Positions 32,001 to 41,367 of a stretch of DNA of 64,000 bases are shown piece after piece. Location of the stretch: assembly GCA_963806225.1 (NCBI GenBank), contig CAWDXG010000004.1, positions 2,016,001-2,080,000 on the forward strand. The letters are read 5' to 3'. The position numbers were made by a program, and so were the translations under genes. The notes under the pieces are model-generated. The model was not told where the DNA came from and did not search any database. It saw only the letters and a list, made by a program, of their open reading frames with translations. Source of the DNA: an uncultured delta proteobacterium (GTDB taxonomy: Bacteria; Myxococcota_A; Polyangia; Polyangiales; Polyangiaceae). Numbering within the stretch: the first letter of the stretch is position 1; each line of letters starts with the position of its first letter.

Positions 32001-32987
32001 CGCGCAGACCTCGTCCGGACCGATCGACATCACCAGCGAGTTCTCGTCCGGCGCCCTGGAGGCCGTGTCGGCGACCGGCACGCGCTGGGTCCCCTCCGCC
32101 GAGCGCGGCGGCTGGATCGGCGCGAACGGCCTGGCCTTCTCCGTGCTGTCGACCGACGGCACCACGGTCGAGGCCACGCTGGTCGCCGGCAGCGAGGGCG
32201 TGACGCTGCTCGGCGCGGGTGGCATCATCAACCCGTTCCACGCCAGCGCTACGCCCGTGGCCACATCATCCTCCCCGCCGCCGCGCAGCGACTTCGGCGC
32301 CGTCTTGAGCGGCCACGAGAACGCCCTGTTCGTCATCGGCGGCACGCTCGCGGATGGGACACCGGCGGGCGATCTGTGGATGTACGACTTCCAGACCATG
32401 GCCTGGTACCAGCTCCCGTTCACTGGCCCGGTGCCGCGCAAGGTGCTCGCTGCCACCTACCTTCCGGACACGCGCAGTCTCTGGCTGGTGGACCAGACCG
32501 GCCAGCACCCGAAGCGGGCTCGCCTGCTCCGCTACGACTTCGCGACGGGCGCCTTCGTCCGGCTCGGCAGCTGGCGGCGTACGCCGGTCTTCGACGCGTG
32601 GAGCTCTCCGGATCCTCCGAGGGCAACCTGCTGCTCAGCGGCAGCTCCGAGCTCACCCACCATGTCGCGGGGGTCGTGCTCCAGCCCAGCGCCACGAAGG
32701 TCAGGGTCATCGGCGCGTTCCTCAGGAAAGGCGTGCTCGCCGTCGAGCCCACGCTCGGTCAAACGGCGCTGACGCTGCCGCTCGTCTCGGACGGGCCCAC
32801 GGGGAGCGACAACGTCGTGATCCCGAACAGCGAGGTCTTCTTCGGGTCCCATCCAGGAGAGGATCATCACAAGGGACACCACGGCAAGGGGCGCCATGGC
32901 GGCCATCACGACAAGGGCCATCATCACGGAAAGGCACACCACGACGGCGAGGGCCCGCCGGACCTGTGCATCGGCGATCTGCTATGA
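29020..32987 (+). pseudogene. Very large secreted trypsin-like protease with TSP3 Ca-binding repeats, kelch-like C-domain and His-rich tip; interrupted by in-frame TGA (29638-29640) and a 1-nt deletion (~32595)
   Basis: Signal peptide; TAAHC / HDLAVIKL / GDSGGP triad; repeated DxDGDGxxDxCDNCP. The frame continues through the TGA, and the paralogous copy at 34526-35012 shows the missing base. Confidence 0.8.
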
Positions 32988-34378
32988 CGACGGCGAGAGG
33001 CATCCCTGCGCTCGCTCTGCTGGCGGCAGTGGCGGCGCTCGGCTGGGTGTCGTGCTCCGGGAAGCAGAGCAGCGGCAACACTCGCGACGCCGCTGCGGGA
33101 ACGGGCGGAAGTGGGGCCGGCGCGGACGGAAGCGGAGGCACGGTGTCCACGGGAGGAAGCGGGGCAACCGCCGGAAGCGGCGCGACCGGCGGCGGTGGCG
33201 GCGCTGGGGGAGACTGGGGCGCCGCGCCCGATTGGGAGCCCACGAACCTTGTCGCCGCCGGCTGCCCCATCGAGCGCCTCGCCAACGCGCCCCAGGTGCG
33301 GTTCTGGAAATGGAAGCCGTGCTCCTGGTCGCCGGCCGACTGCGAGGAGGCGGTGTTCAATCCGGATCTGGTGGGGACGAGCCCGAACTACAGAGGCCTG
33401 GCGAGCGTGGTCCAGGACGACGGGACCAACGTCCGGGTCGGCCTGGCGTTCGACATGGTTGGATATGACGCGCTCTTCGGGAGCGCGGATGGCACGGGCG
33501 AGGTCGGCATCCGCACCGCGCTTCCGGCGACAAAGTGTGCGATCGGCGCGGTATCGATCTTCGGGAACCGCTTCGGCGTCCAGGTCTTTCGCGAGTTGAA
33601 GCAGTACAGTGCCGAGTTCGGAGGTGTGCTCGGTGATCTCGACGGACCGGCAAAGTCACAGGTGGCGTTTACCGCGAGCCAGGTCAATCCGGGCGCCATC
33701 GTCCAGGGCGGATGGCTGGGCAGCGCGCGCTGGATCTGGTGGTTGGCAACCTACGGCTACAGCACCGTCTCTGCGGTCGACGGCTCCGGCTACATCGAGT
33801 TCGTTACCATGAAGTCCCCAGGCAACTTCGTGTACCTCGGACCGCCGATCACGACGGGCAAGCTGTTCCTGTTCGACGCCTTCGTCGGCGACGACGCCGG
33901 CCTCGCGCACGGCAGGATCTTCTACTCGGACGGGATCGCGGCGCCGCAGGTCTACCTCGAACCCACCGAGCCCGACACGTACTACGGCCGGCCCATCTAC
34001 GCGAACACGTACGTCGGCTTCTTCAAGGGCATCGGCTTCCAGGACGTGAACTCATACAAGTCGGTCGAGCTCTGGGCCTCGCCCTACTCGGACGATCCCT
34101 CGCAGCTGAAGCCAGTGAAGCTCGGGACGATACCCGACAACAGCATGGCTGCGGAGCCCGCGGGCGGCTGGGGGCACGCAGCGTTCGAAACGTCGGCGGG
34201 CGTGAACAAGTGGGACGTGCTGATCTGGAACCTCGCCGACGGCACACACCGGAGGTTCAAGCTGGCCGATGGCTACAACCTGATCGCGTTCCTCGGCGTC
34301 TCCAGGAAGTACGCCTGGGTGGGTGCGGCCAAGCTCGGAGGACAGCAGCCGTATCTGCTACGGATCAACGTCCAGTGA
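32984..34378 (+). CDS. Partner lipoprotein, ATGA-coupled to the protease gene
   Basis: MTTARGIPALALLAAVAALGWVSC lipobox, Gly-rich linker, beta-rich body. Confidence 0.85.
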   Translation: MTTARGIPALALLAAVAALGWVSCSGKQSSGNTRDAAAGTGGSGAGADGSGGTVSTGGSGATAGSGATGGGGGAGGDWGAAPDWEPTNLVAAGCPIERLANAPQVRFWKWKPCSWSPADCEEAVFNPDLVGTSPNYRGLASVVQDDGTNVRVGLAFDMVGYDALFGSADGTGEVGIRTALPATKCAIGAVSIFGNRFGVQVFRELKQYSAEFGGVLGDLDGPAKSQVAFTASQVNPGAIVQGGWLGSARWIWWLATYGYSTVSAVDGSGYIEFVTMKSPGNFVYLGPPITTGKLFLFDAFVGDDAGLAHGRIFYSDGIAAPQVYLEPTEPDTYYGRPIYANTYVGFFKGIGFQDVNSYKSVELWASPYSDDPSQLKPVKLGTIPDNSMAAEPAGGWGHAAFETSAGVNKWDVLIWNLADGTHRRFKLADGYNLIAFLGVSRKYAWVGAAKLGGQQPYLLRINVQ

Positions 34379-34526
34379 CGCAGCGGTCAGCGGCGCACTG
34401 CAGACGTACGCCTTGCCCGAGGGTGCGCTCGGCGCGTTCCTCGGAATCTCCCGCCAACACATCTGGGTGAGCGGGAGGATCCTGGGCGGCGATACGCCGT
34501 ACCTGATACGCTTCAGACTGCAATGA
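34377..34526 (+). pseudogene. Orphan alternative C-terminus of the partner lipoprotein
   Basis: GALQTYALPEGALGAFLGISRQHIWVSGRILGGDTPYLIRFRLQ* aligns with GTHRRFKLADGYNLIAFLGVSRKYAWVGAAKLGGQQPYLLRINVQ*. Confidence 0.75.
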
Positions 34527-35048
34527 CGCCTGCGGGCGATCTGTGGATGTACGACTTCCAGACCATGGCCTGGTACCAGCTCCCGTTCACTGGCCCGGTG
34601 CCGCGCAAGGTGCTCGCTGCCACGTACCTTCCGGACACGCGCAGTCTCTGGCTCGTGGACCAGACAGGCCAGCACCCGAAGCGGGCTCGCCTGCTCCGCT
34701 ACGACTTCGCGACGGGCGCCTTCGTCCGGCTCGGCAGGTGGCTGCGTACGCCGGTCTTCGATCGCGTGGAGCTCTCCGGATCCTACGAGGGCAACCTGCT
34801 GCTCAGCGGCAGCTCCGAGCTCACCCACCATGTCGCGGGGGTCGTGCTCCAGCCCAGCGCCACGAAGGTCAAGGTCATCGGCGCGTTCCTCAGGAAAGGC
34901 GTGCTCGCCGTCGAGCCCACGCTCGGTCAAACGGCGCTGACGCTGCCGCTCGTCTCGGACGGGCCGACGGGCAGCGACAACGTGCTGATCCCGAACAGCC
35001 AGATCTTCTTCGAACCCGAGGGGAGATACGATCACGACCGGGGACACC
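34523..35048 (+). pseudogene. Orphan copy of the protease C-terminal module with a different tip, cut by an IS
   Basis: Near-identical to 32359-32844, then diverges (FEPEGRYDHDRGH) until the IS at 35049. Confidence 0.9.
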
Positions 35049-36314
35049 TGTCGTGGCTACGTGAATTATCCGCAGGCATGGAAGCCCTGGCGTCACGCTG
35101 CGCGCCGATAGTCGTGATGAAGCCCGTTCAGAATGGCGCGCCCGGTGATCGCCCCGTTTCCTGCGCCGGCGGACGACGAACCGATCGGGACCAGCTGTCC
35201 GATGCCCTGATGCGGCCGCGCCCGATTGAAGTACACAAAGCAATACTCGCCCAGCACACGATGCAGGTGCTCCTCACCGAGCACCATGACGTGGTCCAGG
35301 CATTCCCGACGCACGCTCGCCAGAAACCGCTCACAGAACGAGTTCATGCGCGAAGCTTTCACCGCGGTGCGGACGACCCGGACGCCCGCTGCCTTCGCTG
35401 CCCGTTCGAAGTCGGGCCCGAACTTGTCGTCGTTGTCGCGGATGATGAACCGCGGCCCGGCGGCGAACGGCGTGGCGTTCCGGAGTTGCTGGGCGACCCA
35501 TGTCGCGCTGGGACTGCGCGTCACGCCTACGTGCACGACCCTCCGCGAGCCGACATCGACGATGAAGAACGCGAAGATGGGCCTGAACCAGATGTCGTAG
35601 AGCTGCAGGAAGTCGCAGGCCCAGATCTGGTGCAGGTGGTTTTCGAGGAACGTCGACCAGCTCTGTCCCCACGGGCGTGGCCCTCGTGCCTGGCGCATGT
35701 ACTTCTGGACGGTGCGCTTCGCCACGTGGATGCCGAGCTTCAGTAGCTCGCCGCGGATGCGTTCGGCGCCCCAGAGCGGGTTCTCCTTGGCGAGCCTCCG
35801 GATGAGCTCGACCGTCTCCAGCGGCGTGCGTCGGGTCCGGATCCCGCGCGCGCGCACCGTGGACTTTGCCCGCCAGAACAGCCTGAAGCCCAACCGGTGC
35901 CAGCGCAGGATGGTCTCGGGCTTGACGAGCAGCACGGCGTCGCGCCACCGCGGCACGAAATGGGCGAGCGCCACGAGAAGTCCGCGCTCATGGGTGGCGA
36001 ACCTCGGCTTCTTGACCTGCCGCGCCGCGCCGCGACGAGCTGCTGGCGGAGGAGCATGTTCTCGGCAATGAGCTCTCTGCGGGAACGAGCCACGTCGCCG
36101 AGCAGCCCGCCGATGACAGGGCCTGGGCTCGGCCGTGTGCCGGTCCGCACAGCCGCCGCCACGCGTTCGACTACATCGCGCGTGGCGTCGCGAAAGCGGT
36201 GAAGCAGGGTGTCGAGCACGAGCGCGATGTGCCCGATCGCGCCGCGCCGTTCAAGTCTTGTGCGCGGCGGATTCCGGAGCGATTCTGCGACGGACGCGAC
36301 GAGTAGCCAGGACA
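35049..36314 (-). mobile_element. Insertion sequence copy 1 (1266 bp, rve/DDE integrase-core transposase)
   Basis: Ends TGTCGTGGCTAC.../...GTAGCCAGGACA (imperfect TIR, TG..CA); near-identical copy at 41368-42633. Confidence 0.92.
35093..36220 (-). pseudogene. Integrase-core transposase with frameshift at ~36020-36035
   Basis: ELIAENMLLRQQL (frame 1) then VKPETILRWHR, WACDF, IRDNDDKF, CERFLASVRRECLDH, GLHHDY (frame 2); start approximate. Confidence 0.85.
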
Positions 36315-36439
36315 GCCGTCGCCGTGTGCGAAGGCGATCTGGATGCAGGGGCTGCCGCGACGGTCGACGGTACCGGTGCTCCACCCCGCATACGGCGCTT
36401 GCCGATTTGATACGCGAGAGTTGGCGACGGCTGTTCTGG

Positions 36440-36641
36440 CGATGACCGGGCCTGGGCTCGGCCGTGTACGGGTCCGTACAGCCACCGCCACGCGTTCGGC
36501 CACTCCGCGCCACGTCGCGAAAGCGATGAACGAAGGCGTCGAGCACCAGCGCGATGTGCACGATCGCGCCGCGCCGTTCAAGTCTTGTGCGCGGCGGATT
36601 CCGGAGCGATTCTGCGGCGGACGCGAGGAGTAGCCAGGACA
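36440..36641 (-). mobile_element. Diverged relic of the 5' end of a related IS
   Basis: Paralogous to 36112-36314 and ends in the same GAGTAGCCAGGACA terminus. Confidence 0.85.
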
Positions 36642-36662
36642 GCGAGCTTCTGAGCCTCGAGA

Positions 36663-37238
36663 CTACGGGCAGCAAACGTAGTTCTGCGACCCGGCACTCT
36701 GGCACGCTCCGGGCTGTGTTGCGCCGGGCTGGCACGAGTAGGCGCTCGGCGTGTTGCCGCTGCACACGTAGTCGAACGTGGCGGTGCGCGTGCAAAGCGG
36801 GTCGGGACAGCACCACTCGATGTCGTAGTTGGGCTCCGTCGACGCCGGATGCTTGCAGCCGCTCTCGGGCGGCGTCTTGTCGGTGACGCACAGCCAAAGG
36901 TACGGCGGCAAGGAATCGCACATCGAGGCGACGGGCGTGATGGCCGTGCAGCTGCCCGGACCGACGCCGGAGCCGCCCGCGGCACCGGCCGCACCCGCGG
37001 ATCCGGAGGCTCCGCCGTTGCCGGCCGATCCAGACGTGCCAGCCGAACCCGCCGTGCCGCCGGCGCCGGACGCGCCCGCGGCGCCGGACGCGCCCGCGGC
37101 GCCGGACGCGCCCGCGGCGCTCCCCCCGTTGCCGCCGCTGCCGCCGGTCGCACCGCTACTGCCGGTGCCGCCGCACGCGAGCAATGGCAGGGTGGACACG
37201 AGAAGCAGCGCTGCAAGTGCGGGCCGACCATGGATCAT
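36663..37238 (-). CDS. Lipoprotein with Gly/Ala linker and Cys-rich C-domain
   Basis: LLAC lipobox; 18-bp repeat coding AAGASG three times; 10 Cys in the C-domain. Confidence 0.75.
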   Translation of the reverse strand: MIHGRPALAALLLVSTLPLLACGGTGSSGATGGSGGNGGSAAGASGAAGASGAAGASGAGGTAGSAGTSGSAGNGGASGSAGAAGAAGGSGVGPGSCTAITPVASMCDSLPPYLWLCVTDKTPPESGCKHPASTEPNYDIEWCCPDPLCTRTATFDYVCSGNTPSAYSCQPGATQPGACQSAGSQNYVCCP

Positions 37239-37271
37239 ATCGGCAGTATCGCCCGGAAACGACCTCGCAAC

Positions 37272-37291
37272 TATCGCATCATCATGCGATA
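37272..37291. promoter_or_regulatory. Perfect 8-bp inverted repeat, candidate operator
   Basis: TATCGCAT-CATC-ATGCGATA between divergent lipoprotein and response regulator genes. Confidence 0.5.
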
Positions 37292-37512
37292 CCAACCTCG
37301 GGGGAGAGTTCCGGTACGGCCGCTCGGCCAACGCGTCAGTGCTGTTCGACGCCCGTGCGCGGTCCGGAATCGCGCGCAGCGCCACGATGTGGACGCAAGG
37401 CACCGCGCGCGGTCCCGCATGACTCTCGATCATCGCGGGCGCCCCACGCGGGTGTCAAGGGACCCCGTTTGGTGTGACCACGGGGCGACTCCGTGCCATG
37501 CTCCGCCGATTC

Positions 37513-38160
37513 ATGTCCACGGCTCGTCGCCACGTCCTCGTGGTGGAGGATGACTCCCGGTACCGCCGCGCCCTCCACGCGGTGCTCGTGGGCGCCGGCC
37601 TCGAGCCGACCTTCGCCGGGTCCGTGCGCGAGACGTTGTCGGCGCTCGCCGGACCGGCATTCGAGGTGTGCCTCGTTGACCTGGGCCTGCCCGACGGTGA
37701 TGGTGTCGAGCTGATCCGCCGTCTTTCCCGAGGCTCGGCCGCGCCGCCCATCATCGTCATCAGCGTTGCTACGGAGGAGCGGCGAATCCTCGACGCACTC
37801 CGTGCTGGCGCCACCGGCTACCTGTTCAAAGAGGACGCGGGTCGCGTTGCGCAGGCCATCGAGGAGGCCTTCGACGGCGGCGCTCCGATGTCGCCGCGCG
37901 TCGCGCGAATCGTGCTCCATGAGCTCCGTGCTGGCCAGGACACCGCCCCAACATCCACATCCGCGAGCCTCACCCGAAGGGAAAAAGAGGTCGTGCAACT
38001 GCTCGCCAAGGGCCTGAGCTACAGTCAGGTGGGCACGGCCCTGTCCGTCTCCGCCAACACCGTCCGCACTCACGTCCGCTCCATCTACGACAAGCTCGCG
38101 GTATCGACGAAGACCGAAGCCGTGCTCGAAGCCCTGCGCCTGGGCGTCATCGTGTCGTAG
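37513..38160 (+). CDS. NarL/LuxR-family response regulator
   Basis: VLVVEDD, VDLGLPDGDG, GATGYLFK, LTRREKEVVQLLAKG, TVRTHVRSIYDKL. Confidence 0.93.
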   Translation: MSTARRHVLVVEDDSRYRRALHAVLVGAGLEPTFAGSVRETLSALAGPAFEVCLVDLGLPDGDGVELIRRLSRGSAAPPIIVISVATEERRILDALRAGATGYLFKEDAGRVAQAIEEAFDGGAPMSPRVARIVLHELRAGQDTAPTSTSASLTRREKEVVQLLAKGLSYSQVGTALSVSANTVRTHVRSIYDKLAVSTKTEAVLEALRLGVIVS

Positions 38161-38183
38161 GAGCGCACGGAAGGCATTGCGGC

Positions 38184-39473
38184 CTAGCTTGCGACCTGAT
38201 CCCCGCTCGGGAGCGGCAAGTGCAGCACGAGCCGCGTCGGATGACCCGGCGCGGCGTGGACCTCGAAGCGCCCGCCGAGCTCCTCGGCGCGGCGGCGCAT
38301 GCCGCCGAGCCCACGGCCCGGCGCCGCGCGGGCGGGATTGAACCCCGCACCGTCGTCCTCGACATGGACGTGCAACTCGCCGCCGACGAGCTCGACGCGG
38401 GCATGGATGTGGCGGGCGCAGCCGTGATGCAAAGCGTTGTGCACCGCCTCGGAGACGAAACGAGCAGCCGCAATGCGCGTGCGCGCGGGCAGAGGCGCCA
38501 ACGCATCGCCGTGCACCTCCAGCTCGAAGTCGGCGGCGTGTGGCCGCGCGCGGCGCCTGGCGTGGAGCTCCAGCATGCGCGCGAACGACGTGAGGTCGTT
38601 TCCCGACGGGTCGAGCCCTTCGACTACGCCTCGCAGATCCGCGAGCCCTGCCTGCGCTGACTCCTCGATCGCGCGCGCCACCCGACGCAGCTCCTCCGGG
38701 TCGTGCAGATGCTCGCGGATGACCGAGCCGTACACCGCCGCCGTCGCCAGCGGCGAGGCGATCTGATCATGGAGATCCTGCGCCAGGTGACGCCGCTCGA
38801 GCTCTGTCTCGCGGGCGTGCAGGCGAGCGACCAGCTGCTCCTGCTCGTGGAGGCGGACCTGCATCGTCAGGTTCCGCTCGCCGATCAGGTGGTAGGCAAT
38901 CGTGCAGAACAGGGCGGCCAGGACGGGGCCGGCGATACTCCAGGAGCTGTGCGGCGCGACGAGCAGGAACCACGGCATCGTGAGCAGCGGCGTCGCCCCG
39001 TGCAGAAGCAACAGGGTCAGCGACGGCTCGGCGTCGTAGAGTGCGCCGTTCATGGCCGAGTACATCACCGGAACCATCCAGAGCGGCGATTCGGGATCAC
39101 GGGTGAGTGCGGGCAGAGCCAGACAGATCCCGAGACCAAAGAACAGATCGAGGCCGACATAGAGGCCGCGACTCACCCGGCTGCGATCGACACGAGGCAC
39201 CAGCACGAGATTCGAGAACACGTCCCGGGCGACGTAGCTGGAGAGCAGCGGCACCGCTTCGAACGGCGAGATGCCGGTCGCGCGGACGACCGGCGGGAGC
39301 GACATCACGCCAGCAATGGCCGCAACCTGCAGCATCATCAGCTTGGAGATGCGCGGGCTGGCCTCGCGCAGGAACGACTCCGTCGGCAGCGCCCAACGGT
39401 AGCGTGGAGCGCGCAAAGCAGTCCCGGTCGAAGGCGTCGCATGGACCATCGGATGAGCCGGCGAGTGTCGCAC
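38184..39473 (-). CDS. Membrane sensor histidine kinase (HisKA_3/HATPase)
   Basis: About 6 TM segments, ERRHLAQDLHD, EAVHNALHH, VEDDGAGF, GRGLGGMRRRA. Confidence 0.92.
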   Translation of the reverse strand: MRHSPAHPMVHATPSTGTALRAPRYRWALPTESFLREASPRISKLMMLQVAAIAGVMSLPPVVRATGISPFEAVPLLSSYVARDVFSNLVLVPRVDRSRVSRGLYVGLDLFFGLGICLALPALTRDPESPLWMVPVMYSAMNGALYDAEPSLTLLLLHGATPLLTMPWFLLVAPHSSWSIAGPVLAALFCTIAYHLIGERNLTMQVRLHEQEQLVARLHARETELERRHLAQDLHDQIASPLATAAVYGSVIREHLHDPEELRRVARAIEESAQAGLADLRGVVEGLDPSGNDLTSFARMLELHARRRARPHAADFELEVHGDALAPLPARTRIAAARFVSEAVHNALHHGCARHIHARVELVGGELHVHVEDDGAGFNPARAAPGRGLGGMRRRAEELGGRFEVHAAPGHPTRLVLHLPLPSGDQVAS

Positions 39474-39542
39474 GACTTTCTCGTCCTTGGAAGCACACGC
39501 GTTTCGCTGCCGAACGAGGTCGTGAACGCGCCGTGCGAGTGT

Positions 39543-40817
39543 CTAGAAGGTACCGACCACGCCCACCTCGTCGTGGCCGACGAACGGCACGACGCGGGAT
39601 TCGGACTTCCGCATGCGGATCGCGTCGCGCGCCGCCTTGCGCAAGAGGACCCGGTTGTAGCGTCCAGCGTATAGTCTTGCGTCGTACTCGCTGAGAGCGT
39701 GATCGGTGGGCGCGCCGTCGTAGTCGGAGAAGAACATCACGGGTGTCATCGCGAGGAAGAAGTAGCTCGAGACGACGCCTGTTCCGCACGCGGCGCTGCC
39801 CAGGAAGGACCCGCGATTGGAGAACGCCTGGTCGGTAAACGCATGGGCGAATCCGCCGCACGCCAGACCTGTCGGCACCGCAGCTAGACCGGTTATGGCC
39901 GGGAACAACCACAGGTACTCCCAGTTCCGGCGCCGCTCGACCCGATCGATTTCGGGCGAGCCCGTCGTCTTCCGGTAGCGGCGCACGAATTCGTTTTCCG
40001 TGATGTCGCCCTTCGAGTCATGGAACGCATAGGTCACGCGGGTGGTGTCGCCTTCGGCCGGTTTCCGCAAGACGATATCCACCTTGCTATCGCTATAGAG
40101 GTGGCCGACCTCGCTTCCAAGGCCTTCCTCGTTCACGCCGGCGATGGCCGCGCCCATCGGCGAGAGCCTGTCCGCGCCCGCCGGGTCATCGAGCTTGACG
40201 AGCGCCGCGACCCAGCCTCGCACGTGACGCTTCTGCAACAGCTTGATGCCAATCGCACCGTCGGCACCAGCAAACGCCACGTCGACGCCAGCGGACGCGG
40301 ACGTTCCGGCACCGCTGGCGTACTCGCCGTTGCCGTGGATCAGCGCCGACACGTAGCCGATGCCACAGCGCTTGCCTGCACAGCACTGCTTGTAGTCGAT
40401 GGTGTCGTTCCTGGACAGACGACGGTCGGTCGAAAGGCGGTAGACGAAATGAGTTGCCCTCGCGAGATCGCCGTGGAATCCGAAGGAACCGAGCATGGCT
40501 CTTGCGCTGCCGTTCACCGCGAGCTCCTGCGCGTCGTCGAAGCTGTTGACCATGCCGCTTGCGTGCGATGGCTCGAGCGACTGCAGGCAGGGGTTTGGTT
40601 CGGAGACGTCCTCCAGTGTCTGCCCGTCGTCGGGCAACTTGACCAGCACCCTTCCGAGCAGCGAGTCGTCCTCGCTCGGCGCCGGAATCAGCACGAACGA
40701 CTTGCCCAGCGGAGACGACGCTTCGGCCTTGGGCAAGTTCGATGGGGGAGGCAGGGACGCCCCGCAACCTGTGGCGAGCCACGCCAGCCCTGCCAGCCCG
40801 AACAGACGAAACCTCAT
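39543..40817 (-). CDS. Hypothetical lipoprotein with C-terminal TM region
   Basis: MRFRLFGLAGLAWLATGC lipobox; long open frame. Confidence 0.7.
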   Translation of the reverse strand: MRFRLFGLAGLAWLATGCGASLPPPSNLPKAEASSPLGKSFVLIPAPSEDDSLLGRVLVKLPDDGQTLEDVSEPNPCLQSLEPSHASGMVNSFDDAQELAVNGSARAMLGSFGFHGDLARATHFVYRLSTDRRLSRNDTIDYKQCCAGKRCGIGYVSALIHGNGEYASGAGTSASAGVDVAFAGADGAIGIKLLQKRHVRGWVAALVKLDDPAGADRLSPMGAAIAGVNEEGLGSEVGHLYSDSKVDIVLRKPAEGDTTRVTYAFHDSKGDITENEFVRRYRKTTGSPEIDRVERRRNWEYLWLFPAITGLAAVPTGLACGGFAHAFTDQAFSNRGSFLGSAACGTGVVSSYFFLAMTPVMFFSDYDGAPTDHALSEYDARLYAGRYNRVLLRKAARDAIRMRKSESRVVPFVGHDEVGVVGTF

Positions 40818-41367
40818 GCTGGATGATCCGCACGGCGCGACTGTGCTCGCAACCGCATGACCGTGCGATTGTCTCTGCCCCGGACTCGTGCCTTTCGCCG
40901 CCGCCGGGAAGGAGGATGTGCTCGTCGACGACCTGGCCACGCGTCACCCGTCCGCGCGGCCAGGTCGTCGGCGCGTAGGCAACATGAACTCCCCTGCAAA
41001 GCTCGATAGATGACACGCGCAGGGCGGGATGCCACGAAAGCGCGCCCCCTGAAGAGCTCGATCGAGGCGTAGACTGACGAGGCCGGAGGAGTGTCCATGT
41101 CCAGCGACCTTTCATCGCGGTTTTCTGCCGAATCCGAGGGGCCCAGGACCCTTCCGGGATGGCCCCGGATGGCCAGGGTTCCGTGGGGAAGCGCGGCGGG
41201 TGGAGCCCGCCATCCGTGCGCACCACGCGGAGGCTCGATGAGACGATGACGCTGGTTGACTCAGGCCGCTTGCCGAAGCTCGACGACAGGCAGCTCCGCC
41301 CGGTTCTCGTGTGGCGTGACCACGAGAGCGAGCGGAGCTGTCACCTGTCGCCGCAGGGGCTCGCCCG

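Noticed and set aside
41070..41140. Hammerhead ribozyme suggested by CTGACGA
   Set aside because: The downstream core reads GAAT rather than GAAA, and stems I and III were not found.
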